From an uncultured Gammaproteobacteria bacterium (GTDB lineage: Bacteria; Patescibacteriota; Patescibacteriia; JAHIZJ01): DNA of 64,000 nucleotides. The stretch spans positions 102,960 to 166,959 of the forward strand of contig CAYJKP010000002.1 of assembly GCA_964371245.1 (NCBI GenBank). The letters are read 5' to 3'. Under the pieces are notes generated by a model, which was not told the DNA's origin, made no database searches, and worked only from the letters and a program-made list of their open reading frames with translations. Each line of letters starts with the position of its first letter. The first letter of the stretch is position 1. Of this stretch, positions 17,894 to 30,600 are shown in pieces. The position numbers were made by a program, and so were the translations under genes.

Positions 17894-19333
17894 TCATATT
17901 TTTCTAACCACTCCTTTTGTGGCGTCAACTTCCACCCAATCGCCGTCTCGGAAAACCTTCGTGGCAATCCGCGTGCCAACGACGCAGAACTTGTGCATTT
18001 CCCGCGCCACGATCGCCGCGTGGCAGGTGATCCCGCCCTCATCCGTGACAATAGCCGCCGCCCGCTTCATCACCGGCACATATTCCGGCAGCGTCATGCC
18101 GCAGATCAGGACGTCGCCAGCTTTCACCTTTTGACGCGCTTCAGCCACGCCATTACACACCCGCGCCCGCGCCCGGACAATGCCTTTGGTGACGCCGACG
18201 CCCTTTACGGCCGTATCAGTACGCTTAAAAGAGCCAAGTGCTTGGTTTCGTCCTGCCAGCGCGCGCGGTCCGCTCATAATTACGAAACTCGACCGATCAG
18301 CCAGTACGTAGAGCGTTTTTTTTCGGCGCAACAGCTCAGTCCGGTCAAAATTTCGACCGCGAAAAAAACGAATTATTTCCTGAGAATAAAACCATTCCAA
18401 ATCATTAACCGTGACTTTCAACCGACGCGCTGCCTCACGCAACCAGAGGTGAAACGCATACATAGTTCGGCACTGCATCTCTTTCCGCCGATCATGATAA
18501 TACGAATAACGATCAAGCACGCCGAGCCAGTATTTTACGGCAGGCGCGCAATGATATCGACGCAGTATTTCCGTTCGGTTTTTGGCCGCAAGGGACGGCA
18601 ATCGCGCCATCCGTTTTAGTCTTTGTTGCGTCGGCCGGTTTCGAAGATACTGAAGTATTTTTTTCAGGTAAATATTTTCGTTGACATAGTTCACCTGCTC
18701 CCAGCCAAGTCCCGTCCACCAAAAACGCTCATAGAGCCTGGAAACATCAGCGGCCGGCAAGCCCTTTTGTATTGCCCGCTCAATCGCCAGTTCTTCCTCG
18801 GCCACATACGTCTGATGGATCGGGATGGATAATTTTTTAAACAGAGCGGTATATTGTTTTTCAGATAGACGAATCGGAACGTTCTGACGGATTCTTTCGT
18901 ACAAAAAATTCTCGAGCAACGCATCAACCGCGTCAATATCAATATCCAAAAAACCGTGGGCCGGGCCGGTTTCCTGAAATAGCCACTGCTGAAGCTTAAT
19001 TAGTTCCGGCTGGCTCAACCCTCGCAGATCGAGATGGCGCGTCCGTTCCGCGGCTCGATTCGCCCGATCAATGACGTTTTGGATCGCCCGAAAATGGCGT
19101 TCTTGTCCCACCCGGGTGGAACATTTTCGGATGATGCTTTTTCCAACCGCGAATAGCTGTGCCTCGTCCCAGGCCCAGGTTAAATTCAAGCCATGGCTCG
19201 TGTGAAGTACTCGATCAATTCGTGTCCCATTGTACTTCGTACCAAACACCTGCACGCCGCGCAAGGCAATTTCCAGTCGGTAGGGCGGTACAACACCGCG
19301 GGTGAACGTGAACCACATAATATTCTTTGGCAT
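17894..19333 (-). CDS. PEP-utilising-enzyme mobile-domain protein (swivelling phospho-His domain at the C-terminus; N-terminal 350 aa unassigned)
   Basis: 479 aa. C-terminal GGITCHAAIVAREMHKFCVVG matches the PEP-utilising enzyme mobile domain (GGxTSHAAIxARE). No ATP-grasp motifs recognised in the N-terminal part. Confidence 0.5.
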   Translation of the reverse strand: MPKNIMWFTFTRGVVPPYRLEIALRGVQVFGTKYNGTRIDRVLHTSHGLNLTWAWDEAQLFAVGKSIIRKCSTRVGQERHFRAIQNVIDRANRAAERTRHLDLRGLSQPELIKLQQWLFQETGPAHGFLDIDIDAVDALLENFLYERIRQNVPIRLSEKQYTALFKKLSIPIHQTYVAEEELAIERAIQKGLPAADVSRLYERFWWTGLGWEQVNYVNENIYLKKILQYLRNRPTQQRLKRMARLPSLAAKNRTEILRRYHCAPAVKYWLGVLDRYSYYHDRRKEMQCRTMYAFHLWLREAARRLKVTVNDLEWFYSQEIIRFFRGRNFDRTELLRRKKTLYVLADRSSFVIMSGPRALAGRNQALGSFKRTDTAVKGVGVTKGIVRARARVCNGVAEARQKVKAGDVLICGMTLPEYVPVMKRAAAIVTDEGGITCHAAIVAREMHKFCVVGTRIATKVFRDGDWVEVDATKGVVRKI

Positions 19334-19384
19334 ATCACATAAATACTGCGACCCTTTCGGATCGTTGGTGATTATATACAGACA

Positions 19385-20314
19385 TTATTTTATTGCCTTT
19401 TCAACCTTTAGCTCCCGCCGGGACAAGTAAAAGAAGAATCCCACCACGATAAATGTGATTACCGGCGACACCCATGAGTAGATATGGACGCTGAAGCTTT
19501 CGAGTACCATGATCAAACCGAGCAGGCCGATCGAATACATGGCGCCGTTTTTCAAATAGGCGTATTTTTTTACCGTATGTATTCCGTGGACGGTCAAATA
19601 CCGGACAATGAACGCGCCGATGCCGTTTCCCACCAAAATAAGCGGCACGGAGATGGTGAAGGCAAACGCGCCGAGCACGCCGTCAACTGAAAACGAAGCG
19701 TCAATAAGTTCAAGATAGAGAACCTTGCTGATGTCGCTCAAGTGCCCGTGCATCATCTGTTTTTCCTTTTCCTCGGCGTTTCGTTTAAATCCGCTGACGA
19801 TGAAGAAAGCGGTTGACCCGACGACCGTGCCCAGAGCGATCAGGGGATTCAGCCGGATGGTCGACCAGACGATAACCAATAAAATAACAGAGGCAATGGC
19901 ATAGAACCAGAACCCGAGTTTGTGATGGATGTGCCGCTCGATGAAAAAAGCATATTTTTTTTCCTCTAAAAAAAGCCAGTGTAAAAATAAAAAAATCAAA
20001 AAAATGCCGCCGCCGGCCAGTAGGATCGGCGCCTGTTTCTCGATCGCTTCCTTCGCCCCGCTACCCTGGGAAAAGGTCGCAATAAATGTCTGGCCAATGG
20101 TTATGCCGGGCGTTGAGAGATACACGATCAGCAACGGCAACAGACCGCGGATGACGAAGACGGCGAAAAATATGCCGTATATCAAAAACCAGCGCCGCCA
20201 GCGCTCGGACATCGTTCCGAGCACGTCGGCGTTCACCACGGCGTTATCGACGCTCGTAATTACCTCGAACAGCGTCAGGCCGAGAACGACAACGATAATA
20301 CTTTCAAAACTCAT
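19385..20314 (-). CDS. TerC/DUF475-like integral membrane protein
   Basis: 309 aa polytopic protein. N-terminal ...LTLFEVITSVDNAVVNADVL resembles the TerC-family E-x-x-LS-x-DN motif. Confidence 0.4.
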   Translation of the reverse strand: MSFESIIVVVLGLTLFEVITSVDNAVVNADVLGTMSERWRRWFLIYGIFFAVFVIRGLLPLLIVYLSTPGITIGQTFIATFSQGSGAKEAIEKQAPILLAGGGIFLIFLFLHWLFLEEKKYAFFIERHIHHKLGFWFYAIASVILLVIVWSTIRLNPLIALGTVVGSTAFFIVSGFKRNAEEKEKQMMHGHLSDISKVLYLELIDASFSVDGVLGAFAFTISVPLILVGNGIGAFIVRYLTVHGIHTVKKYAYLKNGAMYSIGLLGLIMVLESFSVHIYSWVSPVITFIVVGFFFYLSRRELKVEKAIK

Positions 20315-20419
20315 GCTATATATTTTGCCTGAAAAACGGAGACTTGTAAAGATGTGTTTACAATAAACGTAGGCGAGCCTTAAGGCTCGCCTACAGAAAA
20401 TATCCTATACGTAATCTTT

Positions 20420-21799
20420 TTACTGCACCAACATCAGCCGATTCTTCTCTTTCTTCACTGGCACCCACTTGAAGCTGCCAGTCACCGAGTCGATATAGGC
20501 AACTTTCAAATATTTACGGCCGAGGAGATTAGCCAGTTTCGTCCCAATCCGGGCTGAATCCGACTCGAGCATTTGGAGGCGCTGTTTTAACAGGTATTGG
20601 AGCCAGAGGCTGTAAAATACCGGGTCGGTCGGCTGGGCGTCGAACTGAGTCAATGATTCTGGTCCGTATTTCTCTTTCAAATAATCCCGAAACACACTGT
20701 CGGTTTTCATAACCATAGCTAAATCCTGAGTTTTCGCCAAAACGTGCAAGAACGCTATCACTCGGTTTCGGTTATTGCCTCGAATTGCCTCTTCAAATTC
20801 CGGCCGGATGTTCAGCTGTTCCCGGCCGACTCGTTTCAGAATATTTTTTTCCTCCTCGTAGATCGCCTTTTGCTCATCCGGGTTTTGGGAGTAGATTTTC
20901 AGGAGATTCTCGACACCAAGGTGGCTTGGCTTGGCGTTTGTTTGCTCCGCCGCTGGCCGAGCACCGACGGTAGCCGGAGCGGCGCCGGCCTTGCTTCGGT
21001 TGTAATCAGCGTCGTATTTTTCGACTATGTCATACCATTTTTCCATTCGTTTCTGCTCTTCCCGCTCTTTTTCGCTGTATTTTTCTAATACGCCGCCGCG
21101 AATCGTGCCCGTTGCAGCCGGATCATCGACCGGCACGGCGGATTCAAAACCGGCCGGCGAATCAGACGGCGTCTTCAGATACTCGAGGAACTCAAAGAAA
21201 GACCGCAAGCGCTCGCGCGACTCTTTGCCTAGCGCTTTCGTGTTTTGGCTGTTAACGAGATATTCCGACAGGCGGATTGACGTAATCTGTTGGGTACCTA
21301 GCGCAATCACCTCGTCAAGCGCCCAATTTTTTACCGTTCCAGCCTGCTCTTTGCCGTCTTTGGTGACTGATTCATGCGTTAAGACCTCAGTATTGTTCCG
21401 GATGGCCTCGAGAATTTCTTTTCTCAGCGCATTTCTGTCCTCGAGACGGACGAACGTAACCAGCTTGTGCTTCAATTTCTCGATTAAATTAAAGTCGGGG
21501 ATCTGCCACGTTAAGATATAGTGGTCCTGAAACAAGGGGATAATGACCGGTTCGCGGTACCAGGGCAAGGCGATCCAACGCAGCTTCCACTGCAGGGTTT
21601 CGTACTCCTTATAGACGGCGGCGTCACTGGTCGGCAGCTCCGGACGCGCGGCCAGGTTGCGGGCGATTACCTCGGCCAATTCAAACGCCTGCTCGCCCAT
21701 GTCATATTTCGCGCAAACGCTAAAAGAATCCTGAAACCTGGCTAGTGTCTCGGGGCTTTCAAATGCTTTGGCTTGGTTGTTTGGTGTTGCGTCGACCAT
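20420..21799 (-). CDS. Hypothetical cytoplasmic protein (459 aa), last gene of the giant-protein operon
   Basis: No recognisable motifs. Has a charged Glu/Lys-rich central segment. Co-oriented and tightly spaced with the upstream genes. Confidence 0.4.
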   Translation of the reverse strand: MVDATPNNQAKAFESPETLARFQDSFSVCAKYDMGEQAFELAEVIARNLAARPELPTSDAAVYKEYETLQWKLRWIALPWYREPVIIPLFQDHYILTWQIPDFNLIEKLKHKLVTFVRLEDRNALRKEILEAIRNNTEVLTHESVTKDGKEQAGTVKNWALDEVIALGTQQITSIRLSEYLVNSQNTKALGKESRERLRSFFEFLEYLKTPSDSPAGFESAVPVDDPAATGTIRGGVLEKYSEKEREEQKRMEKWYDIVEKYDADYNRSKAGAAPATVGARPAAEQTNAKPSHLGVENLLKIYSQNPDEQKAIYEEEKNILKRVGREQLNIRPEFEEAIRGNNRNRVIAFLHVLAKTQDLAMVMKTDSVFRDYLKEKYGPESLTQFDAQPTDPVFYSLWLQYLLKQRLQMLESDSARIGTKLANLLGRKYLKVAYIDSVTGSFKWVPVKKEKNRLMLVQ

Positions 21800-21804
21800 A
21801 AATT

Positions 21805-24594
21805 TTATAAGACTACTGGTGGCTCATGCGCCGTGGCCGGTGCCTCTTGGTGCGTCTCGCTATAGCCCGTTACTACCCGGTCAACATTATCCAGTTTCAT
21901 GCCTTCCTTACCTGCGAAATCACGCAACTTACTTAAAAACACATCATAATTTTCCATAACGAAATCCTTGTAGTGCGCTTGGAATTCAGCTGGTGTTTCG
22001 GCGTCAATATTCGATTTTTTTATCGCATCCCGATTGGCTTCAAAATATCGCGTCACCACATCGATATTATTCTGTTCTACACCCGCCTGCACGTCAACCA
22101 TTTCGCGTATCGGTCCGGTAAGTAGCCCTTGGTTATATTCGTTCGTTAAATGACGGGCATTGCTGACATTAAACCGCTCTTTGCCGATCGAGCTGGCAAT
22201 CGCCGGCCATTTTTCCGCGATCATCTTCGCGCCATACCCGGTCAGCTTGCCGTATCGTTCGCTCTCTGGATTGGTTGGATCTTTCAGGTATTCATCCATG
22301 AAACCAAGCCTGTTGAATCGCCGCAGCGCGGTTTCAAAGTCCTGTTTACCCATCTCCGTGTCCACGCGCAGATTTTGAAGTTTGCGCGAACGCTGATGAA
22401 GCGTTCCATCGGAAGTCGTACCGATCGCTTGTCCGACGTTCCAATGCCCCGTCTGCTCAGCTACGTTGCTGACATCGTTTTCGAGGGCATAGGCCACCTG
22501 CTGATTCATTTTTAGCTTCTTGATAAAGGCTTCGCGGATGAACGCGTGCATACCCTGCAGGCCGGAGGGCAGCTGCTCGCCCGCTTTGATGATCGCCTGT
22601 CCGCCATGCTCAAACTCTTCCTTTATCTTATCGGCCGACATGCCCTTTGTAAAATCATCAAACTCCGTTTTGCTCATCAGGCCCTTTTCCCGATGTTCAT
22701 AATAATCCTCGGTCGGCTTATAGGAATAATTTACGACTTCGTTCTCATGGCCAACGCGCGCCGCTTGCAGCAAGATCGCGCGCGCCGCCGCCATATCGCC
22801 CCGGGCAATGGCGCCCTTCATCAGGGAGATCAGCTCTTCCTCGCTGGAGGTATTGTATTTCTTGCTTTCTTCCGCGTCCTGGGCGCGCCGCAGCTGCTGG
22901 GCCATAAAATCGCGCGGCTTGTACGCTTCGTATTTCGCGACCACTTCCTTTAACGAGGCGACTGCCCTTGCTTCCTGGTCGCGCAGGGCCGTTAATTGTT
23001 TGTATTCTTCGCCGCCTATTTCTTTCGTCGCGCGAGCTCGGGCGACTTCCTCGGACAAGTCTTTATCATTGGCCATTAACTCTCCCGTTCGAGCATCAAT
23101 CTCGTCCTTATGCGCCTCCTCGTAACTCGTCATTCTGGATTTCGCCACGTTCAGTTTTTCTTCGCCCTCGGTCAGCCTACGCTCTGCCCTGCCTTGCGGT
23201 ATCCGGCGGCCCCAAGTTTTAAAACCATGATTATAGAACAGGCCTTGCATGTAGGTTTCAACCAACGACGGCGCGCCAGCACCGGAAATCGGCGCGAGAA
23301 AACCGCCTTTGCGTAATCGTTCTTCGGCAAATATTTTCCCTTCCCGTTCTTCTTTCGCCCGCTTTAAGACCATACCTTCTTTTATGTTCCGATAGACATT
23401 GACCGGATTGAACTCAAGGCCTTTCCCGACGCGGCCAGGCAGAGCGCCAGATTTAATTTTACGTGCTCCCCAGGCATACGCGGTTCCCGGAGCTCGAGCC
23501 AGCCACGCACCCGTGGCCGCCGCCATTCCACCGGCGACTTTTGACCCTAGTCCGCTTCCGAGCGTGCGCGTCTGCTGGGCGGCCATGACCGCAGCGTACA
23601 GTAGGCCGATAGTCACAAAATAACTCATGAGATTGTCCGAGGTCGACATTTCCGAGATCCCCGCGGCTAAACCGGTTGATTGCTGTCCTGCTTCGACAAA
23701 CGCTCGCGTGCCCTCCGGTATGCCCTGGGTAATCTCTCGACCGACATTGCCCGGATTTGTCGCCATAACCGCCATTGCGAGCCATAGATAAAAAGCAATA
23801 ATGGGTCCGACGGTCACGTAATTTCCAAACGTACTCCACCACTGGGTGGCCGCCTTCTTCAACGGACTGATCATTTCCCCAAGATAGGCCAGGGGCGATA
23901 GCACCACCAGGATCCAAAGCACGATGATTCGGCCGAGTAAAATAAAGATGATCATCAGCACGGCGCCGATCATAAACAGTAACAGAAAGATACCGAGAGC
24001 GACGGCAGCGAATGCCTCACCGACGCTGGCGATCGCGCCCGTATCAGTTTCCTGGGCAAACATGAGCACCTTCTGCAAACCACTGGAAGTTGTTAAATTC
24101 GCGGCGGCCGCATCGGCGAAACGCGAGGTAAATGTATTCATGATGACCTGGCACAGATCGATGAAAAAGCCGGCGATGGTCTTCGAAAAGTTCAGCAAGA
24201 ACGCCATAATGATAAACTTCGGCAGGGTGCGCTTATAATGATAACTTTCGATCCGGAGCACCGTGCCCCAAGAAATGGCCAGCAGGATCAAAACAAGAAA
24301 GACGTTGCACATATCGCGTACCACCACCCAGCCCTTCTGTACAGCCGTCGTGTCAACAAAGTTATTAAACTGAACAAACGCCAGCATGATGTTGATCAGG
24401 ACAACGAGCAGTTTCCCGAGCAGCGAGAGAATCATAAAGAACGGATAGGTCACCCACATCAGGATCCGATCGGTTATGCCCATCGCGGCGTGAATCGGCG
24501 TCCAGGTCACGAGAATACCAGCCAATACGAAAATACAGACGATCAGAATCGTGAGGCGCTGGGTTTTTCTTGTGGGTTGAAAGTTGATTTTCAT
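21805..24594 (-). CDS. Large polytopic membrane protein with a C-terminal cytoplasmic coiled-coil domain (hypothetical; VirB6/TrbL-like topology)
   Basis: 929 aa. At least seven hydrophobic helices in the N-terminal 350 aa, then a long charged alpha-helical region (EAHKDEIDARTGELMANDKDLSEEVARARATKEI...). Confidence 0.45.
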   Translation of the reverse strand: MKINFQPTRKTQRLTILIVCIFVLAGILVTWTPIHAAMGITDRILMWVTYPFFMILSLLGKLLVVLINIMLAFVQFNNFVDTTAVQKGWVVVRDMCNVFLVLILLAISWGTVLRIESYHYKRTLPKFIIMAFLLNFSKTIAGFFIDLCQVIMNTFTSRFADAAAANLTTSSGLQKVLMFAQETDTGAIASVGEAFAAVALGIFLLLFMIGAVLMIIFILLGRIIVLWILVVLSPLAYLGEMISPLKKAATQWWSTFGNYVTVGPIIAFYLWLAMAVMATNPGNVGREITQGIPEGTRAFVEAGQQSTGLAAGISEMSTSDNLMSYFVTIGLLYAAVMAAQQTRTLGSGLGSKVAGGMAAATGAWLARAPGTAYAWGARKIKSGALPGRVGKGLEFNPVNVYRNIKEGMVLKRAKEEREGKIFAEERLRKGGFLAPISGAGAPSLVETYMQGLFYNHGFKTWGRRIPQGRAERRLTEGEEKLNVAKSRMTSYEEAHKDEIDARTGELMANDKDLSEEVARARATKEIGGEEYKQLTALRDQEARAVASLKEVVAKYEAYKPRDFMAQQLRRAQDAEESKKYNTSSEEELISLMKGAIARGDMAAARAILLQAARVGHENEVVNYSYKPTEDYYEHREKGLMSKTEFDDFTKGMSADKIKEEFEHGGQAIIKAGEQLPSGLQGMHAFIREAFIKKLKMNQQVAYALENDVSNVAEQTGHWNVGQAIGTTSDGTLHQRSRKLQNLRVDTEMGKQDFETALRRFNRLGFMDEYLKDPTNPESERYGKLTGYGAKMIAEKWPAIASSIGKERFNVSNARHLTNEYNQGLLTGPIREMVDVQAGVEQNNIDVVTRYFEANRDAIKKSNIDAETPAEFQAHYKDFVMENYDVFLSKLRDFAGKEGMKLDNVDRVVTGYSETHQEAPATAHEPPVVL

Positions 24595-24620
24595 TATTTG
24601 CCGATGAATCGACGTCTTCG

Positions 24621-27600
24621 TTATTGCGTGATTACGACACTGCCGTCAAAAAGGCTATTGCAATACGCACCCGCACCTTGACACTGCCCCTGATTTTGAC
24701 AGATATTCAGCGGGGTCGTGCCACCGCGACAGGCGCCCACGCAGGTACCACCGCCACAGTTCAGATCGCTCGAGCAATCAGTGCCGTCGTTGTCGCAATA
24801 CCCGCTGCCCTTGTCCCAGTTATCTTCGACAAAGACACGGACAAAGCAGGTATCGGGACCGCCGCCGGCTGCTCCGCAATCCCCATAGGTATAGTCATGT
24901 GTCAAGGTATGATACGGCCCATTCGGGTCTGACCGCGGCGGGATACCGGGATTCTTTGGAAATGATTCCCAGTGGTTATTGCCCCAGTCAACAACAAACT
25001 TCTTGATCGGCATTTGCTCGGGGTCGACCATGGAATTGAAGGTGACCGTGGCCGTCCCTGATCCATTCTTGATTTGCACCGGCCCGGTCCGGCCGTTAAT
25101 CTTAATATTGAACACTGTTGGTTGCGCCCAGCAAAAATCAAACGGAAAACCGGTGATGTCATTCGGTCGATTATCCGACATGCCGTTTGAACCGTTGTGC
25201 ACTTTGCATTGATCCATTGCCTCAAATGCATCCGAGTAGGCGGCCTTGAATGAATTCAGGCTGAGGTCCGGCTCATACTTGGCCTCGGTCGGGTCTGGCG
25301 CTGAATCAGGCAAACCATTGCAGTATTGTAGTTGTTTGCTTTGGCCATGCTGCGCTTGGATATGGCCGAGCGTGCAATTATCACCCGATCGGATACCGCC
25401 CTCGCACTCCCAGTCAGCGCATTCGGCAACAACTCCGGGTGCGCACGCGCCCGGCACCTCACAACAATCCGCCGCATCCTGGCCGACCCGGCACGGATTA
25501 CCCAGTAACTCGCCGCCCGTGCAAATACCATTGTATTGGATACATGACCCGCCGGAAATACCCGTGCAATTTGAGTCAGAGGCGCAGGCTTGGCCGCACC
25601 AATAGCCACAACCGGGTGGATTACCGTTTTCATTCCAACCGCAGATCGCCTCGGCGCAAGAACCTTCAGGGCAATCCCCCTGTCCTGAGCACGGTCGTCC
25701 AGCGTTAGTGCCACCGACGCAGACTTTATCGACACAGGAACTTCCAACTTCGCATGAACCGCTACCGCACGGTAAGCCGCTCGTGCTGCATCGTTCCTTC
25801 TCTTCGCAAACCCCACCGTTACATACGCCGGCGTCACAACGGGCGTTATTTAAGCGGCAGATATCAGCGTTTCCGAGACAGGCGGCACCGCCGGGACATG
25901 GATTGGTCGGCTGATTATTTGAGGCACATAGCGTCGTGGCTTGATTGGAGCAGACACCGTCGGCGCAGAAGCCGCTTCGACAATCGCATTGGCCAACTGC
26001 ATCATAGGTGCACTTTGAATTGGCATTACAGGAATAACCGGCTGGACAGGCATTAGCCGGCTGACAGGTCTGTGTGTGGTCGCCCGAGCAGCGTGGCCGA
26101 TTCCAACATACTTGGGCTGGGTTCGCGTACAGGCAGAATATTCCGGCATTACAATTAGAATCATCAATGCACTGCGTCCCAGGATAATCGCCCCAGCCGT
26201 CGACATTATTATCGCAATATTTCGAACAATTCTGGCCACCGTTGCATTCCTCCCCCGTATCACGGCATATTGAAATGTTGACGCAGCTTCCTTCGTTCGG
26301 ACAGTCGCAGGCTGCCGGCACATTCGAGACACATTTCTTCAGTGCGCCCTGGGTCAGACATGTGGACCCAGTCGGACAATTGTTGGCAATATTACACTGG
26401 TCGCTACCCGCGTCCGTTCCCCCGACGCACCGTTGGGCGACACAGGCATTACCGCCGCCCGGGCAGGCGCCGAGGCCGCACGGGATGGTTGGATCATTAC
26501 TGCAGCGCTGGCTCAGCTCGCAGACCTCGCCAGCCGCGCAGCCGCACGGCGTCATCGGACTTGGGTTGTCGGGGTCAATGCTAATACAGAGCTGACCCGA
26601 ACACACGCCATTGCCGATATTACACTCGTCATTGTTTTCACACCCAGTTCCTCTGAAGGGGTATTGCGGGTCATTGGCTTTGAAGCAGCCCATCGTCGTG
26701 ATGTCGACGCATTTGCCGTCAGACCATACCCAGACGCCATAGACATCAGCAAAGATCCGCTGGATGCGACGCAGCCCTAAGCCCCCGCCCGTGGCCGTGT
26801 AATTTGTCGGCGGCTGGTTGGGTGGTGGCGGTTCGCCTGGGGTTAATGGGCCGCTGAATTGTTCCGTCGTTGTATAGCGATTTGGGAAGACGTCATCACA
26901 AATGGTTATTTCCGATCGGTCATAACGGAAGCCAGTCCACCAGCCCCAGCTATACAACCGTTTATTGGCTTTATGCTTGCATGAATATGGAACGCCAGCG
27001 CGCGGATAGCTAAGATAATCCACCTCATCAAAGCCGTGTTCAACGCCCCGGTACGGCGACCAGCCCCAGTCCTGAGCGAAGGGCGAGAATGAACCGCCGC
27101 CTGTTTGCTGCTGCGGATCCCACCATAGGTAGATGATTGGTTGGTATTTTGAGCCCAGGTCTTTCGTCATTTCATACGGATTGCCCCAGACTGACGTGTA
27201 GTCTGTGTCCCAGGTCGCCGGATCGCCCGGCACGTTGGTCACGTTATTCCCAGCGTGTCCAACTGAACCAGGATAGGTCAAACTGCCGTATGGATTCGCA
27301 TCATCGTCAAAGGTAACGCCAAGATCCCAGATCTGGGAATAATTCCCCTTGATCCGTTCGGCCCAAGCTTTGTTCGCGCCGCTCGGATCGACTGTCTGGC
27401 CGATCACGTCGCAACGGAACGCGAGCACCTCGCCGATGTTTCCCGGCCAGGCTTCGCCGAGATGATTATGGCTCAGCCAACCGTCAAATGGTTGCCAGAC
27501 ACCCGGTGCGATTGGGTTGAGGCCGTTTTGGTGGTTCGAATCCCACCAGTTATACTGGAGGTTTTCACCGCCGCCGCCGCTGTGCGACCAGTATTCACAG

Positions 27601-30600
27601 ACATCGGAATCCGGTATTTCGTTCGGCACACACACGTATAAACATTTGTCTTGATGGCCGCCGCCGCGGACGGCTTTTTCGCAGAGCTTGCGATGATAGC
27701 CAAGCTCTTCACAGGAATAGTGGCTGGCGTAATTGCAATTGCCGTTGGAAAGACCATATGGTCGTCGGAATTCATAGAATGACCCTTGGAGACAGTAGTA
27801 GAGCGGCGCGTCGCCAAAATAACCGACCAGCTGATCCGTATCATCGGCCTCGCCGGAAATGATATCAACCGGCCACCACTGCAAACAAACGCTGCGATTT
27901 TGCGGGTCGGTTTCGAGACAGTAGCCTTTCCAGCCGCGATAAATCTTCCGGGCCGTACCGGTGGTCTTGGTATAGTCGCATGTTAACGAATTCGATTCCG
28001 GATAGAGTCGACAGGATCTGACCACAAACCGCGGATCGTTCGGAAGCTCGGGCGGCATCTGCGTGGATTTCTTTTCCAGCAAGGTCTGGAACATCACGTC
28101 ATCAACCTGGAATTTTTGCAGCCCGGCGTTCCCGCCCGCGTCCACAATACTGAGATAGGTATTTTTAAATACGCCACTGACGACCATCGCATTACCAAGC
28201 GGCAAGGTAAAGATCTGCCAATTCATCGTGGCCGTAACCGTGCCAAAAACCTGACATGGCCCCGCATCATCGTTATAACAAAGCTGAACTTTTATCTTAG
28301 AATCTTGATCAGCCCGCAATTTCAGGCTTATAACCAACGGCTGGTTATCAAATATGAGCGAATCGAGATTAATCTTCGCTCCCGAATCGGCTCCGGTCAA
28401 ACCGCCTACCTCCATCACCCAATTCTGTTTTGTCGGATCAAGCGGGTCTTCGACAGCCTTCAGGGCATTCGGCGGGTTGATGTTCCGCGGCTCCCACGGT
28501 GAGGAGTTTTTAAACTGAAAGTCGTAATTCGGTAAATTCATACCGATGCCGATTTCTTGCATCGATCCGGTTGGGTAATACCCATGGATGACTTGGCAGA
28601 CGTTGCTCTCGCCGACACACTGATCGCAATAGGTCGGATTATTGAGATCGCAAGCCGTGTTATTTGGGCATACGCCGCCGGGGCAATCGTCTGGTTTTTG
28701 GCAGAGCAGTCCGTCCTTGTCGCCGCCCTGACAGATGCCATCGCGCCAGCAGACCGTGTTCGGATCTTCGCTGCATCGCCAATTATAGCCGACCCGCGCA
28801 TAGCCTGAATAATTTACGGAGTTGTCAACTTCCGTTTTGTGATCAAACGTCAAGTCAGTCGGGTGGTTCGGAGGTGTCACTAGTCGATTCATGTACTCGA
28901 CGGTCGGGGTGGCATTTTCAAATTTCGGCGTTCGAATGCAATGTGAAGTCAAACCGCAATCGGCATCGATGAGACAAGGTCGCGAGGGATCGTTTTCACA
29001 TTGCCCTTCGCCGACCGGCTTGATACATTGGCCGGACGTGCCTAGCTGACGGCAATTTCCAATATCATAACAGGTCAATTCCTTCGAACCATCGCTTTTC
29101 TCCACTTCGTAGCTCGTCTTGCAATACAACCACTGATTACAGACCCGATCACGATCAACTTTATAGACGCTGTTGGAATCGGCCGTGCAACCGCCGCCAG
29201 TGCACGTTTCGGGCGTTCCTCGGTTTGTATCCAGTTTCGCGTATGTCAAATCGCTATCATAGGTGAGACCCTGTGAATTAGTGGTGTCGTTGAATAGAAT
29301 GCAGCCCTCGTCTTTATTAACCACCCCGGCACAACTCGCCGAATCGATAGTGCTATCAATATAGTAGTAGGGCTGGCAGCCAGACAGATAATCAGGCGGG
29401 AGAGCGCCGTTCTGGTAGGGCCGGCACTGTTGATCCGTCCGGTAAAACTCGCCTTGGTCGTTATATTCAGCCCGACAATTCGCGTTGCAGCCTTGGAAAA
29501 CACAGGTGCTTTGAGGACAGTCGGCGTTGATTTTACAATTCTGTCCCCCGCTCGGGCCAGCTAAACAGACGCCATCTGGCGTTACTTTATCCGGTGACGG
29601 CGTTTGGGGATCGCGGTACTCACTGCAACCGCTGGCTCCATTTTGACATTTACCAACCCAATACTCGGTACATTTCTGACCTTCCGGACACTGACCGTCG
29701 TCTTGGCATATTCTTTCCGCGCAGTAGCCGTCGTTCGAACTGTTCGCGTCGGCGCAGCCATATGCGGCATCGTTTGGATCGGCGTCAGAATCGCAGGCTT
29801 GCCCGGCGCGTATTCCGCCATAGCAGACTTCCGTCAAGTCGGAGCATAAACCGTCGTTATTGCCACCCGCCTGATCACAGCCATAGAGTGGATCCTTCGG
29901 ATCAACTTGCGAATTACATTTTTCTCCGGCCCGATAGCCACCGCGGCACGTTTCTTGCAGCCGTGGTCCGCAGACCTTCGTCGGCATTGGCGATTCTGGA
30001 TATTGCTCGCAAAGGCCGCCGTCACATGACGCGAGATCGCCCGGCCCGAAACACGCCACGCCCGGATTGTTTCCGCCAATACAGGAGTATTTTTGGACGG
30101 GGCAAAATTTATCCGTCCCACTCTTCAGCCAAGCATCATAGACCTCGCCTTGATATTTGAGACTCTTTCGAAAATCGCAGACTTGGGCGTTTGGCTGCTT
30201 AAACTGCGTAAAACTTCCGGAATCTGCGCCAATCTGGAATTGATCACAGAATGTTTCTTCTTTCGTACAGAGTGTTTGGTCGTATTCGTCGGGATTATTG
30301 ATGAGATAGGTTGTCTTAAACTTCGTTACCCGGCCTTCCACGTCAAAGCTCGGCAAACCGAGGCCTTCGCAGCCTTTCGCTTTGGCTTGGCATTTGTACT
30401 TCGCCGCGTTGACGATCGGCCGGACATTGTCCGCCTCTACTCTTACGCCTTTGTCTGCCGGCTCATAAGGAAAGGCGGTGGTCGAGTTGTTCGTTTCGAT
30501 GGCGGCGGTACAACCGACTTTCTCAGGTCGGCAGAGATTCGTGAAACTCTGGATATATTGATCGTTTCCTTCACTGTCCGTATAGAGCGAGCAACCAACC

